This document shows, one piece after another, positions 23,983-35,705 of a DNA stretch of 64,000 nt. The DNA comes from Hydrolagus colliei (taxonomy: Eukaryota), in assembly GCA_035084275.1 (NCBI GenBank), contig CM068760.1, forward strand, positions 1,302,001-1,366,000. The letters run 5' to 3'. The first letter of the stretch is position 1; each line of letters opens with the position of its first letter. Both the position numbers and the translations under genes were made by a program. The notes under the pieces were generated by a model, which searched no databases, was not told the DNA's origin, and saw only the letters and a list, made by a program, of their open reading frames with translations.

Positions 23983-26900
23983 CGTCTCTTGTGCAAGATT
24001 GACAGCTTCCAGCAAACCATACAACTTTCCTCTCACAAGAAAAACACCAGCACACCATGTCACACAGTCTTCATGCATCCAGTGTTCATTAGTATCCATT
24101 GGGACCAAAGGCGGCTGGTACCAATCTTCCAACGAGAGCTCATTGTTAGGCTTCTTAATATCTGGACCCTTTGCAGACTCTTCAATACTATCACAACTTT
24201 TTCGCTTCTGTCCTCGAGTTATTGTTCCCTCCCTTGCACTAGATTCCTGATTTTCTCCCAAAGTTGTATGTACTGCATTCTGAGGGGAACTACAACTAGA
24301 ACTAAAGGTATTACTATTTGTTTGATCTATATTCATTTTTGTCTTTGTCCGTGAGTTTTGGACATTTGGAGGGCTATACCCGAGAGGATAAAATGGTCCA
24401 AAAAGATCACCTAATTCCTTAGCATTTGCAGAATGGCCACACAGACAGCAGATCAGAAAGCTTTTTTGGTGAGTGTCATGAATAGTTGGGCCCAATAACA
24501 AGCAAGATGATTTGGGAACTGAACCATGAGATTGGTGTTGGGAATGTTTCTTTTGCTTAAGGTTGTTGTTATCCTCCTCAGGATAGTTCACTACAGTACA
24601 TGTTGCATAATCTTTAACTTCTAGTCTTACATAAGGTGAAAAACTATCATATCGGCCATCCCGTCTGTCATCGGTTTTCAGAGTCAATGCTCTTAACCTT
24701 ATTTCAGGCTCATCAGGAGCAAACATTGACGAGTGTAGACCCCGCTGCCTATTTCGCTTCCGACTTGCTGACTTGCATGGTCTCTTTCTCCCGGTAGCTC
24801 TTCTCCTTGGTTGGGAGGTTTTCTGCTGTGATAGTGCACCAGCCTTCCTGGAGCATTGTCTGGAGTTACTTCCGTTACCATTTAAACACTTAGCATCAGA
24901 GTCACCACGCTTTCTTGAAGCAGGCCCCTCTCGGTAATTCTCGTTTGATCGTTTTGAAGACGAAGCAGGGCAGGAGGATGTGGCGGGGGAATTTGGAGTG
25001 CTTAGTTTTGTTGCATGTTCTTGGCGAGAGCCTGGAGTTGAGGTAGATGTGTTTTTGTTCTGTTTTTCTGCAGCTACTGAATCTGCTTGCCATAAACGTG
25101 CTTCGTTCTGCCCTTGCAATGAACATTCCAAAGCAAGGTTTTCCTTGAGGGAAACCACCAAGTTATGAGAAATCCCAGCATCACCATTCGCCCTCTGTTT
25201 AGCGGCAGAGCCGGATTTTCGCCTCGGTGGCTGAAACCTGGTAGGAGTAGGAGGTGTATTCCGGCTTTTTCTGTGTCGTTCCCCAACATTACCGGACACT
25301 CTAGACTTCGGTTGTGTAATAATATTTTGGACGATCTGCTCCAATCTCATTCCTCTTTTCTGTCTCGCTGGAAGAATCTTCCTTTCGAAAACCTTTCGAT
25401 TAGAATTGCCGTCCCTCTTCTCTTTAGAATTTTGATTTAAATGCTGTTGACAAGCTGCCCTCCGTTTTTTATTATTTGACGATGTACTTTGATTTTGACT
25501 TGTATCTGTTTTGGAGACAGGTCGACTAACATCATCCTCTTCAATATCAGAGATGTAAATGACTTCTTCGTCCTCATATTTCGTCACCAGAGTCTGCTTT
25601 CTCCTGCTGGGACGATGAGACCCTCCTGGGGCTGGCGACTCTTCACATTCATCACCACCACTAGAGTGGCTACCCTTCTCATTACAAACCTCATCAAGCT
25701 CACCTTCCACTACACAGCCAGCACTTTCTCTCGACTTGGCTAAGGAAAGGCTCATTGAAATACTGCATGACATTGGTGTAACATCATTCGTCTTCAGATC
25801 AATGACATATCCTCGCACATCACACTTCCCATCAGTTTCAATAACATTCAGCTTATGCAACTTGAGAGAACAAGGCTGTACCCTAGGCAGGTTATTCTCA
25901 GGGCTCTGTAATGAGAGAACAGTTACTTTGCTGAATGAAGCTGGACTTCTACTGCTTTCACATACACTGTTATTTACTTGCATTGAATTAGAAATTTCAT
26001 TCACATTCGGCTTGACTACAGAAGGAGCATCGGTTTCATCAACAGTAGAACATTGTTGATTTGCTTCCCAGCAGCTATTCTCACTACACAGAGAATGTTC
26101 AGTTATTTTCATATTTGGTTTAAGATCTGCATTATGTGGAAAAATATGACTTTCTATTGAATTGTACCTGACCTGATCTGCTTTGCTATTTTCAGCGCTT
26201 GTGGCATCATTCCCTGAACAAGGCATCTCTCTATACATTAGGTCAGATGTTAAAGCTGCTTCTTGGTCATGTGATTGCTCTCCAGTTTGTGTAACCTGTG
26301 ATGAACTGTTAGTTTTTTGCATATTTTGAAGAACTGCAGTGTTTGAAAATGTTCTACCATTGGTTGAACTATTCAGCATATTGTGTGCCGTCTCTACATT
26401 TAGTACTAGTCTACATGTTGATGACATATTGGTTCCAGCACTATTTTGGCACATCCTCTGGTAACCATCTATACTTAAACTATGTGATTGTTGGGTAAAA
26501 TTTGAAGAATTTGTATTTACATGACGAGTTAATAAAATATTTTGTTCCCCTTCTGCCGAATCTTCTGGCCAAGTCTTATCAAGAGTATCCTTGTCTTGTT
26601 TTTCCTCTGACTCGACGAGCGCTGATTCCCCGGAAAACTCAACTGCATTTTCTGCTCTCGTGGTCGCCTGATCTTTGTAACTCTTGCTCAAGTCGAAGCC
26701 GTGTACAGGCTGATGTTTTCTCTCTGCTTGCTGCTTATTTAAACACTTCACTTCAGTGAACATACTTGTACCATTTCTTGTTTCACAATGTTCCACCCTG
26801 CCCAGCAGGTTTCTGTTGTCGTGCTGTTCTGTGTTGTTCGGTCTGCCCTCTGGGGCCAGAGACCCAGTTAGTTTTCTTACGAGTAATCCAGGGTTTTGAA

Positions 26901-27651
26901 CCACTGTTTCAGCAGGACTGACAATATTATCCCCCTCATCTGTGTGATTAATTGCTCCAGAAAACTGACAGACCAAATCCTGGGCTTCCATGTTACTCGG
27001 TTCCCCATGTAAAATTTCCTCAGCTGTGTCAAACGCCTGTTCAAGTGATCCACTACACGATCCAGATCCATAGACAGTAGCAGCAGCTAATGGTGAATCG
27101 AAATCCAACTCCGTCACTAAGTGCTGGTTCATAGTACTACATTCTATTTCATTTGCAAGGCCTCTCTTAATAGTTTCCAGATCACTAGATTGTGCCAACA
27201 CAGAGTGTTCATATGATGGATGAACAAAATCAGTAGGTACAGAGGGCTCAAATGGAGCTGGCAGCATGTGCTGTGCTTGCACACAAACAGATGGAATAAA
27301 GAGTGAAGGCAGTTGTTGCTCGTGCAAGGAATGTCGCATTGTCCTCTGGGAAGGAAATAGATGAGATTGGTTGACATAGTTGACGGTGATACTTGAGATC
27401 GCGTCATCCCCGTGCATCTGGTCAGTGTGAGATACAGAAAATGCCAAATTGGTCTCTAAATCACTAGGTGTGTTTTTTGTGCACATGTTATATTGAGTAT
27501 CTGTGGGTGATAGTTCGAATGACTTATTTGCCTGTATTCTTCCTCTTTGTTTTCTTACACAGTCAACAGAATAATCCACAGGGATGTCAAAATGAACCAA
27601 GTTGTCTTTTTGGTTATGCAACCCATCAGCTTGATCCTGTCCTGACTCCAT
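23983..27651 (-). CDS. RAI1/TCF20-family gene, giant first coding exon (1223 codons)
   Basis: Long ORF with family motifs GMRLEQIVQNI, PEIRL, FSPYVRLE, CTVVN, LGP, CCLC..ANAKELGDLFGPFYP, EHWMHEDCVTWCAGVFLVRGKLYGL; donor ACG|gtaagt at 23983; acceptor at 27673 or 27678 just upstream of the ATG. Confidence 0.95.
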
Positions 27652-28324
27652 TCCAGGAATTTGGCTGCTTCACCTGTTCTGGAGAAAGAAGCAAAGCCTT
27701 AATTAAAGCCTTTTTTTAAATATGTACTTAGTGCAGCAATGAGTCAGCACCAATATTACATTTTGCATGTATAATGTTATATTAAAACATGTTATAACAT
27801 TTTCTAAACACCGATTACTCAGTTTCACCACCAAAATGTACAGTTAATTCACTTTACAGTATATTCTGTGAAGCACTTTGAGACATCACAATGTGATATG
27901 GTACTATATCAAATGAAAGGATAATTATTATTGTGTTAATATTATCTATACCCATCTTTTTATCTTTATGGGAAATAATGGAGTTTAGGAAGAACTTTCA
28001 CGCAGAGTATAATGAGAATGTGGAACTCAATTCTTGAAGCTGTAGTTGAAGTAAAAATCATCAGTCTATGTAAGCAAAAAGAGTGTATACACGAGACAGA
28101 AGAGATAGAGGAGAACAGGAAGGGCGGCGGCTCACGTGGAATATGAACTCAGCGCAAACTATGTAATTATAAAGTATTGAATAATAAAGTAATAATCATG
28201 GCACTTTGATATGTCTGTAAAACCAAGAACATTTTAAAAGCATCACAAAGCTTCTGTAAAAGATGGTATTTGTAGGTGAACACAATTAATATCTGATAAT
28301 AATCCCTCTAGAAAAAAAATAATA

Positions 28325-28490
28325 GATTGGTCATTTCAATCCTCGACTTTGTGGGACACTACAACTGGCTGCCATGTTTCACCCATAAATATACAGTCAA
28401 TTCACTTTACAGTATATTCTGTGAAGCTCTTTGAGACGTCTATCAGACGTGAAAAGCGCTATATCAAATGCAAGGATTATTTATTATTAA
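28325..28490 (+). mobile_element. SINE 3' part, same family (other copies near 250-335, 4625-4745, 18350-18485, 27840-27930, 36110-36195, 41090-41210, 55355-55465)
   Basis: Recurring string cagtcaattcactttacagtatattctgtgaagcgctttgagacgtc...gcgctatatcaaatgcaaggattatt. Confidence 0.85.
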
Positions 28491-30367
28491 TGGTATAACT
28501 AATTTGTTTCTCGTAATGTCCCGCAAACATAAAGTTAATGGCAAATTCTATCTGGAAGAGTGTTGGTTAGGTCACTGGGAGAAACTCCTTTCTATTTTTG
28601 AATAGTGCCCACGGGATCTTTTGCATTTACCTGAACAGACAAGACAAACCTCAGTTTAACATTTCATACCATGAACATCCCAGCTGACAATGCAGTGCTG
28701 CCCAGTGCACTGCAGTCTACTATCAGATTAGACAATGAAAGAATAAAATAAGGCATAGAATTTTCAGCAGGGAAGATTGAGTAGGCTTATGAGTCTTGAA
28801 TGCAGGATTTTAGTTTTCATTTAAAACAACTTTTTCTTTAGCTTTTGTGCAACCATTAGATTTGGAATATAGCAACTGATTTGCAAGAAATGCATACTGC
28901 ATTGTGTATCATTAGGAATGAAAATCAGACTCAAAAACAAGCTATTCCCTCGTGCTCTCTTGCTAGTGTGATTATTTTTGTTTGACATGAAAAATACGAT
29001 AACAAATCACTGCGATCAAATTTATACTTTACCTGAAAGCATATTTTGCTATAAAATTAAGCATTTTACAGCAAACCATACCTTAAAACCCCAGTTTAAC
29101 TGCAGATTCTTAATAAAATCTTTAACACTCAGAGTACTTGACAGCTTTTATCGCTTTACACTGCACCCCCATACTCAACCAAAACAGCAGACAAAGACTG
29201 TCTATGAAAAGGCATAAAATCAGCACTATTCTTACTAAAAGTTTAAATATCACAATAAAATAACAGAGATTAATAGTAAAATAGTAAAGCTGGGAAAAAA
29301 AATTCAGACCGGTGTAGTGTTATCCTTTGTCCTGATTGAGGAGCTTTATAAAGACACAAAGACCGTGTATCCATGCACAGACTCATTCATTTCTACTAAT
29401 TACCATAGCGCACTGAAGAGCTGCATTCTAAGTGGATGAAGCAAGGCACCACACGTGACCTTAGACCAGACATGTAGCACATGTATAGCATAGCACTGAA
29501 ATGCAGGATGCGAACCTGCATTTCTAGATAAGGAACTTGGTGTGGTGGAAGGGAGGTGCCTTGTGGGCAGAGAAGAATGTGTTCAGAATTTCGATCTACA
29601 GTAGTTTGCATTTTACTTGTTCAACAGGCAAAGTAAAAATGCCTGGAATTAGACCTTCAGCTTTTAAAGCTTTATTATCAATAAAATCCCATTGGGGCAA
29701 ATGAAGCAAGTAGAATTATCTTGGATATAAACTGTCTCCAAGATTACATGCTCGGCAACAGAATGTCGGCATTGATTCAACTCTTGTTCCAATCTCGGTT
29801 CTCTGTTGCTCAGCCAGGTGGGTCCACAATATTCCAGGTCACTGCAGATGACAGCCCAGACAGTTGGGCTCATTGCTGAACCACTAAATCGGGGCAGGGA
29901 TACTTCACACTCAGCTCCTGTTTAACCCTGCAAGCCAAATAGGTAGGATTGTCCTAGCTGGTCAAGCAGCAGGAGAGTTTGCCAGACAGTGCATTCAATC
30001 GTAAGTTATACATGTTTGTCTGGTTAGATTGTAGCACTTCCCAGCCTGTGCCTAAAACTGGGAATACATAAGTAGGATGTATCCCTCCAGGTAGAATGTG
30101 TGCATTCCATTCCAATTTCCATGTCTAGGTGGGATGCAGGAATCTCAGTTTGGTTTGGATTATTAAGCATGATTATATATCGCTGCATGTGTCAAATACG
30201 TGATCAAAAGTTTAAATCAACTTGGCTGATCCCCAAAAAATTATAAACAAAACTTACCCAAAACTTAATTAAGGCTAGAAGAGCAATTTGTCTAGATTGT
30301 ACAAAAAAGACTAAAGCACTTCAAATCTTCTTAAAATGGGCAAAGTTTTCAACTATATCGCAACTTA

Positions 30368-30678
30368 ATAATAGTAATAATCCTTGCATTTGATGTAGCA
30401 CTTTTCACATCTTCTAGATGTCTCAAAAGCACTTCACAGAATATACTGTAAGGGTAACTGACTATATACTTGTGGACAAGCAAAACATAGTATCCAATTA
30501 CGCACATCAGTGTCTCACAAACAGTCATGGATTGAAATTATCATTTTTTTTGAGGGATTATTATCAAGCGTGTGGAGTAAAATAAGTAAACTGCCCAAGG
30601 TTTTGTCTTGGCCTGGAATTGAACCCAAGTCTCTCACGTGCAAAGCGAGTGCTCTAATCACTAAACTGCAGGACTCCA
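30368..30678 (-). mobile_element. Near full-length tRNA-derived SINE with L2-like tail
   Basis: Minus strand shows A-box and B-box (gggttcaattcc) head, a body shared with many copies in the window, and a tail ...gtgctacatcaaatgcaaggattatta. Confidence 0.85.
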
Positions 30679-31419
30679 CAAGATGTGGAGATAATGCTCT
30701 CAAGTCACTTCCGTATCCTATCCATAAACACAAGAAATTTAGCAAACATAGTTTATAAAGCAAAGGCTTATTGATTCATCGATTTTCATTTGTACTACTA
30801 TTTTACTACTTTGGCTGTGAGGGAGGTAGTGACTTCAGTTTACAATGGTCACTATTTTGTCACAATTATTTTATAGAAAATTCAGTTTCTAAAATCAGTT
30901 TTTAAAAAATATTACTTGGCTGCTTATGTATCCCAAATCCCGAACGAAGCGTCTGCAAAATGCACCCACACACTGCGCCAGATATGTGTCATTACTTTTA
31001 TCAATAGGGTACACGCCATTCCCCATTCTGATAGCTCAACTCATGATCTGGAACAAAGAACCCTTTAGCTGTAGATTCCAAAGAGATAAACGGATAAGAA
31101 TCATTCAAACGGCAATCTGTTTTTTTTAAAAAAAACAATGAATTGTATAACAAAGAACGACGGTACTTTAACGTTCACAGTTATGGAAACAGATCAAAAT
31201 ACACCACTGAGACAATTTTGGGGGAAAAAAATCATAAGATGTAGTGTTAAAAATAGAGCTCTTCATACAACAGACTGAATTTTTTTTTAAAAAGTCACAT
31301 AGCAAAGAAGAGTGAAACCCACATGGGGCGAATGTGGTCATGAATGAGTGTGTTCGGTGGAGAAATGTGTTAGTTAATGAGTAAGCCAATTCGGAAGTGT
31401 TAGTTAGTGGATTTTCAGG

Positions 31420-31940
31420 AGTATGAGAGTGAGTGAGTGTGTGTGTGTATGTATGTATGTATGTATGATGAGTGAGTGAGTGAGTGTGTGAGTGAGTGAG
31501 TGATGGTGAGTGAGTGATGGTGAGTGAATGTCAGCGCCTTGGGACGTCCTCCTGACGTGAAAGGCGCTATACAAGCGTGATTTTGTTGTTGTTGTTTGAT
31601 GGTGAGTGAGTGTAAGACAGTGAGTGAAGAATAGTGAATGAATGAGTGTACCTACGATGGTGAGTGAGTGAGTGAGTGAGTAAATGATAGTGAGTGTATG
31701 ATGGTGAGTCTAAGATAGTGAGTCTAAGATAGTGAGTGAGTGAGTGAGTGAGTGAGTGAGTGAGTGAGTGAGTGTATGATGGTGAGTCTAAGATAGTGAG
31801 TGAGTGAGTGAGAGGATGAATATGATAGTGGATGAGAATATGATAGTGAGTGAGCGAGTGCGTGTATAATAGTGAGCATCTGATAGTGAGTGAGTCCGTG
31901 TGAGAGTAAGTGAGTGAGTGATAGTAAAGTGAGTGTAACA
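31420..31940. repeat. Degenerate (GAGT)n / GATAGTGAGT simple-repeat tract with an embedded L2/SINE tail
   Basis: Directly visible gtgagtgagt arrays. Confidence 0.95.
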
Positions 31941-32020
31941 GTATACACAGTAATACACCTTATTTAAAAAAAATAAACATTGCAAACACCGACAGGCAGC
32001 AGTTAAAAAAAACGTGTTAA

Positions 32021-32090
32021 ACTCACTCACTCAATTCACACTCACTCACTCAATTCACACTCACTCACTCAATTCACACTCACTCACTCT
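32021..32090. repeat. 19-bp tandem repeat (actcactcactcaattcac) x3+
   Basis: Directly visible. Confidence 0.95.
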
Positions 32091-32399
32091 CCTAAACAGT
32101 CGGGATTGTATTGTTTCTCACCCCCTCAAGCCTCTAGTGTCCTCCTCTCCTCAGTAGAAACACAATCTAACACAACAAAACCAAACCCGTCTTCCTGCAA
32201 ATAATGAAGAGGCGCCGGTCAGTTCAGGCTGTAACTCTTCTCCTCTCCTTCACTCACTCACTCTTATCTAAAACACACACACACACACAAATACAACATA
32301 CACACCTCGACACACTTTTTTTTTGTGTGTATATATATATATATAGAGAGAGAAAGAGAGATAAATATCTAATAAACTCTCCAAAGCTGCCAGCTCTCC

Positions 32400-33460
32400 A
32401 GACTCGCTGACTCACGCCCTCGCCTTCGGTCGCTCACACTCCAGTCCCAGGCTGTGTAGGCCGCAAACAGGGCCTCGCGGTGACTGGAGACAAAGGAGGG
32501 CGGGAGGGAGGGAGGGAGGGCGGAGATGGGGGTGGGAGGGGGGGGGGGGGGGGGAGGAGAGAGGCGGGATGGAGGAAAGGGGTGGGGGGGGGAAGAGGGA
32601 GGGAGGAGAGTGGAAGGCCGGAGCTGACAGGAATTGGACAAAGGATTGATTTTTCTCGACGGCCGCCTCCCGCTTCTAACCCCCCCCCCCCCCCCCCCCA
32701 CCAACCCGTTTGTTATCGTTATTATTATATCATTATTTTAATGTACCGATTATTATTATTATTTTAAAAAAAACAGTTGTAAGGTATAAAAAAGTTTTTT
32801 TTACCTGAGGGAGGGAAGGAGGGAGTGTTTTGTGCGTGTGCGTTGTGTGTGAGAGGGGAGGAGTGAGAGGGTGTCGGGCCGCCTTGTCAGTCAGGCCCCT
32901 GTCTCCATGGTGACGGCTCTTCCACCAACCGCCCCCCGGGGGCTGGCGCCGCTGCTGTTGTTGTTGTTGTTGGCCTATCACGTGTGCCCACCCCTACAGC
33001 CCGCCCCTCGGCTCGCCAGGCAGCCACGGCGCACGCGCACTCTCCTTCGCCGGCGCTACTCGGGAGCCGGGTTGGGCGGGAGGGAGCAGTGTTGTGCGGG
33101 TTGTGTAATGTAATGTTGTGCAATGTTGGGCGGGTTGTGCAATGTTGGGCGGGTTGGGCGGGCGGTTCTCCCGCCCACTTGGGCGGGTGTGTGTGTGCGT
33201 GTTTGTTCTGTGTGTATGTGTGTGATAAACGGCCTCCCTCCTCCTCTCCCTCTCTCCTGTCACTAACACTCCGGTCGGTCGGTGGGTCGGTGTGTGTGTG
33301 TGGGCTGGGGGAAGGAGCGAGGAGCGATCGGATAACCGGGATAGCAGCTTTCCCTCCCTTCCCGCCAGCACCATGAGGACCTCCCGGGCTGTCCGCTCTC
33401 TCCTGGCCGGGGTTTACCTCAGGGGCGTCGGCCTCCACAGGCAGCACCTTCCCGGTGAGA
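32400..33460. promoter_or_regulatory. CpG island and probable bidirectional promoter of FDXR (+) and the RAI1/TCF20-like gene (-)
   Basis: GC/CpG-rich; several GGGCGG boxes 33070-33190; NRF1-like GCGCACGCGCA 33029-33039; E-box CACGTG 32979; RFX-like GTCTCCATGGTGAC 32901; minus-strand donors after 32416 (gtgagt) and 32805 (gtaaaa). Confidence 0.8.
33373..33454 (+). CDS. FDXR: FDXR exon 1 (mitochondrial presequence MRTSRAVRSLLAGVYLRGVGLHRQHLP)
   Basis: gcaccATG; Arg-rich peptide with no acidic residues; |gtgaga donor; phase 1 fits exon 2. Confidence 0.85.
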
Positions 33461-33461
33461 C

Positions 33462-33618
33462 AGTAATACTAACCCTAACAGTAGTACTAACAATAACATT
33501 AACACTAATAGTAACACTAACAGTAATACTAACATTAATACTAACACTAATAGTAACACTAACACCAATACTAACATTAATAGTAATACTAAAAGCAATA
33601 TTAATAGTAACATTAATA
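33462..33618. repeat. Low-complexity hexamer repeat (ACTAAC/ATAGTA/ACATTA) at the start of FDXR intron 1
   Basis: Directly visible 6-nt periodicity. Confidence 0.95.
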
Positions 33619-33803
33619 CAGCACCCTCGGGACCTGGCCAGTGCCGGTTAAAGTGCGTGCCGGATATTCAGCCGAAAACGAAAGAAAAAAGCATTTTTCC
33701 GGATAAATTCCGGTTAATCGAATGCGGACCTTTTTTTTAAAAGAGGTGCCGGGTTGTACGGAAGTTACGGTTGATCGGGTGCCGGATAAACGAGCTTTTA
33801 CTG
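33619..33803. mobile_element. Possible Tc1/mariner (Tigger/pogo-like) MITE remnant
   Basis: ta|cag ... ccggataaacgagcttttactg|ta ends; repeated CCGGATA/CCGGTTA motifs; left TIR degenerate. Confidence 0.45.
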
Positions 33804-34084
33804 TAATATGAATTTTAAGAAAATACTTTCTTGAGGGGAACCCCGCAAATGTATTGTGCAACAGCTGTCTGCGCCTTTGTCTGGAAAGATAACGTAAATG
33901 GGTGAAGTCCACCATAGAATAATGTTGTTTACAGTGGAAGGATCGGGTTGTTAACCTTTGCTGTGGGCCGGCAAAGCTTTGCTGTGGGCTCCTGCTTTTG
34001 GATTGAAATGACCCAATTTTTTATATTATTGTGTTGTTTTTTGGAGGGATTATTATTAGGCGCGCGTGTGTGTGTGTGTGTGTG

Positions 34085-34212
34085 TGTGGAGTAAGGAAAC
34101 TTGCCCAAGGTTTCGCCCTGACCTGCCTGGATTCGAACACGGGTCTCCCCCAGCTTGGTCTTCCAAGCTTGCAAGACAAGTGTGCTCTAGCCACTGAAGC
34201 CACAGGAGCTCC
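34085..34212 (-). mobile_element. SINE 5' tRNA-like head
   Basis: Minus strand tggcttcagtggctagagc...gtgttcgaatcc...aaccttgggcaagtttcc, shared with other SINE copies. Confidence 0.75.
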
Positions 34213-34376
34213 GAACGATGGGCAAATGTGGCAGACGATAAACTTCTAAAACATTAATCCTACCTCCTCCACATTAATAATAATGACTGGAAAACAGTTG
34301 TCATCGGCCAGATACATATTGGCATGTTCCCGAGTTGCCTGTCATTTGTCCCAATAATGTAATCCCCTCATTTTAG

Positions 34377-34474
34377 GAGTCCACGAGTTTTCCTCATTGG
34401 CAGAGTCCAAGCTCCAGGTGTGCATCGTCGGCAGCGGTCCTGCTGGTTTCTACACCGCACAGCATGTTCTCAAG
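34377..34474 (+). CDS. FDXR: FDXR exon 2 (FAD-binding VCIVGSGPAGFYTAQHVLK)
   Basis: ttttag| and |gtaatg; GxGxxG motif of adrenodoxin reductase. Confidence 0.97.
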
Positions 34475-35156
34475 GTAATGTTATGTCCCTCGGGTACACA
34501 AATGTACTCTTTAAGACTAATCGGAACACCTGATTATTTACAACGTGAATTTTTTGGGGGGATTTCGCAAATATTGTGCAGAACGTACAGAAGGAAGTGC
34601 GCGCGTGGGGGGAAAGAAGAGAATAGGTATAGGGTGGAGTATAAGCAATGGAGTAGTAGGGCCAAATTCACTAATTGATTCATGCAGTCATTTATTATTA
34701 TTATTAATTGTCTTTGTAATTCTATGAAATTGTGAGTCTTGCAGGTAGAGTGACAAACCATATAACTGATGACTTCTAGTTTTACATTGGGGTTGAAAAT
34801 GCTGCGGTTTGCCAAAATCCATTTAGATTTTCTCACTGAGAATCCTATTCTCATGGTTAACCAAACGTTAATATTGCACAGTAATACGGCTTCTTTTTGC
34901 ATCTCTCTTTCCTGTAATTGCATTCGATAGAATTATAAAAGAAAGAAGTGTGTGTAGCACTTATTTTATTGAAATTGATTTGAAATGCCTTTATAATCGG
35001 CTTGAATCAATTTGCTTATTTGTAATTTGTGCAGTTCCCCCAAATTAATGTATATTGATTTTCTCCTTCCACCTGCAGCGTATTTTGGAATTTGTGATTT
35101 TTCTAGACATAATGCCTCAAATACATTTCTAACGTGCGTTTATTCTGCTGCTCCAG

Positions 35157-35252
35157 CTCCAGAAATCTGCCATAGTTGATATCTATGAGAAGCTACCCGT
35201 CCCCTTTGGCCTCATAAGATTTGGTGTTGCCCCTGACCATCCAGAAGTAAAG
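35157..35252 (+). CDS. FDXR: FDXR exon 3 ([26 protein letters not shown])
   Basis: GVAPDH motif; an alternative in-frame acceptor starts the exon at 35163. Confidence 0.95.
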
Positions 35253-35459
35253 GTTAGCACAATCTATTGGTCCGCCAACGATATACAACTTTTCTGAGAC
35301 ACGAATGGAGAATGTAATGTTTTCAAATATAATCCTTGCATTTTCATATTTGATTTAGCGCCTTATCACGTCTTTGAGAAGGTACAGAACATGCTATTCT
35401 CTGTGTAGAAAATTTAGCGTAATACAGAGTATTTGAACTTGATTTCTGTGAAAGGGTAT

Positions 35460-35705
35460 TAATAATAATGATATAGCTATTTGATATAGCGCTTTACATG
35501 TCTTCTAGACGTTTCAAAATGCTTCACAGAATATACTTTTAAAGTGAATTGATTGTAAATTTGTGGCAAAACGTGGCAGTCAATTGCGCACAGCAGTCGT
35601 GGGTAGAAATGACCAATTAATTTTTTTGAGGGAGTGTGGAGTTAGGAAACTTCCCCCAAGGTTTCGGCCTGCCAGGAATCGAACCCAGGTCTCTGGCTTG
35701 TAAGG
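35460..35705 (-). mobile_element. SINE copy in FDXR intron 3
   Basis: Same tail, body and B-box as the 30368-30678 copy. Confidence 0.8.

Noticed and set aside
30258-30274. Possible 17-nt non-coding microexon (ttctag|...|gtaagt) on the minus strand
   Set aside because: Only splice-like signals; no homology or expression support.
30600-30678. tRNA-like sequence (also 34085-34212)
   Set aside because: It is a SINE head: no proper acceptor stem, and it continues into the SINE body.
32021-32090. Regular short repeats resembling a CRISPR array
   Set aside because: No unique spacers; a eukaryotic minisatellite.
33366-33385. Partial REST/NRSE-like CAGCACC motifs (also near 8381 and 47715)
   Set aside because: The GGACAG half-site is missing or mis-spaced.
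32369-33447. Several 80-190 aa ORFs in the CpG island
   Set aside because: GC-rich low-complexity sequence depletes stop codons; only the FDXR exon 1 frame is supported.
34160-34340. p53-like half sites in FDXR intron 1 (FDXR is a known p53 target in mammals)
   Set aside because: No pair of adjacent good RRRCWWGYYY decamers; one candidate lies inside a SINE.
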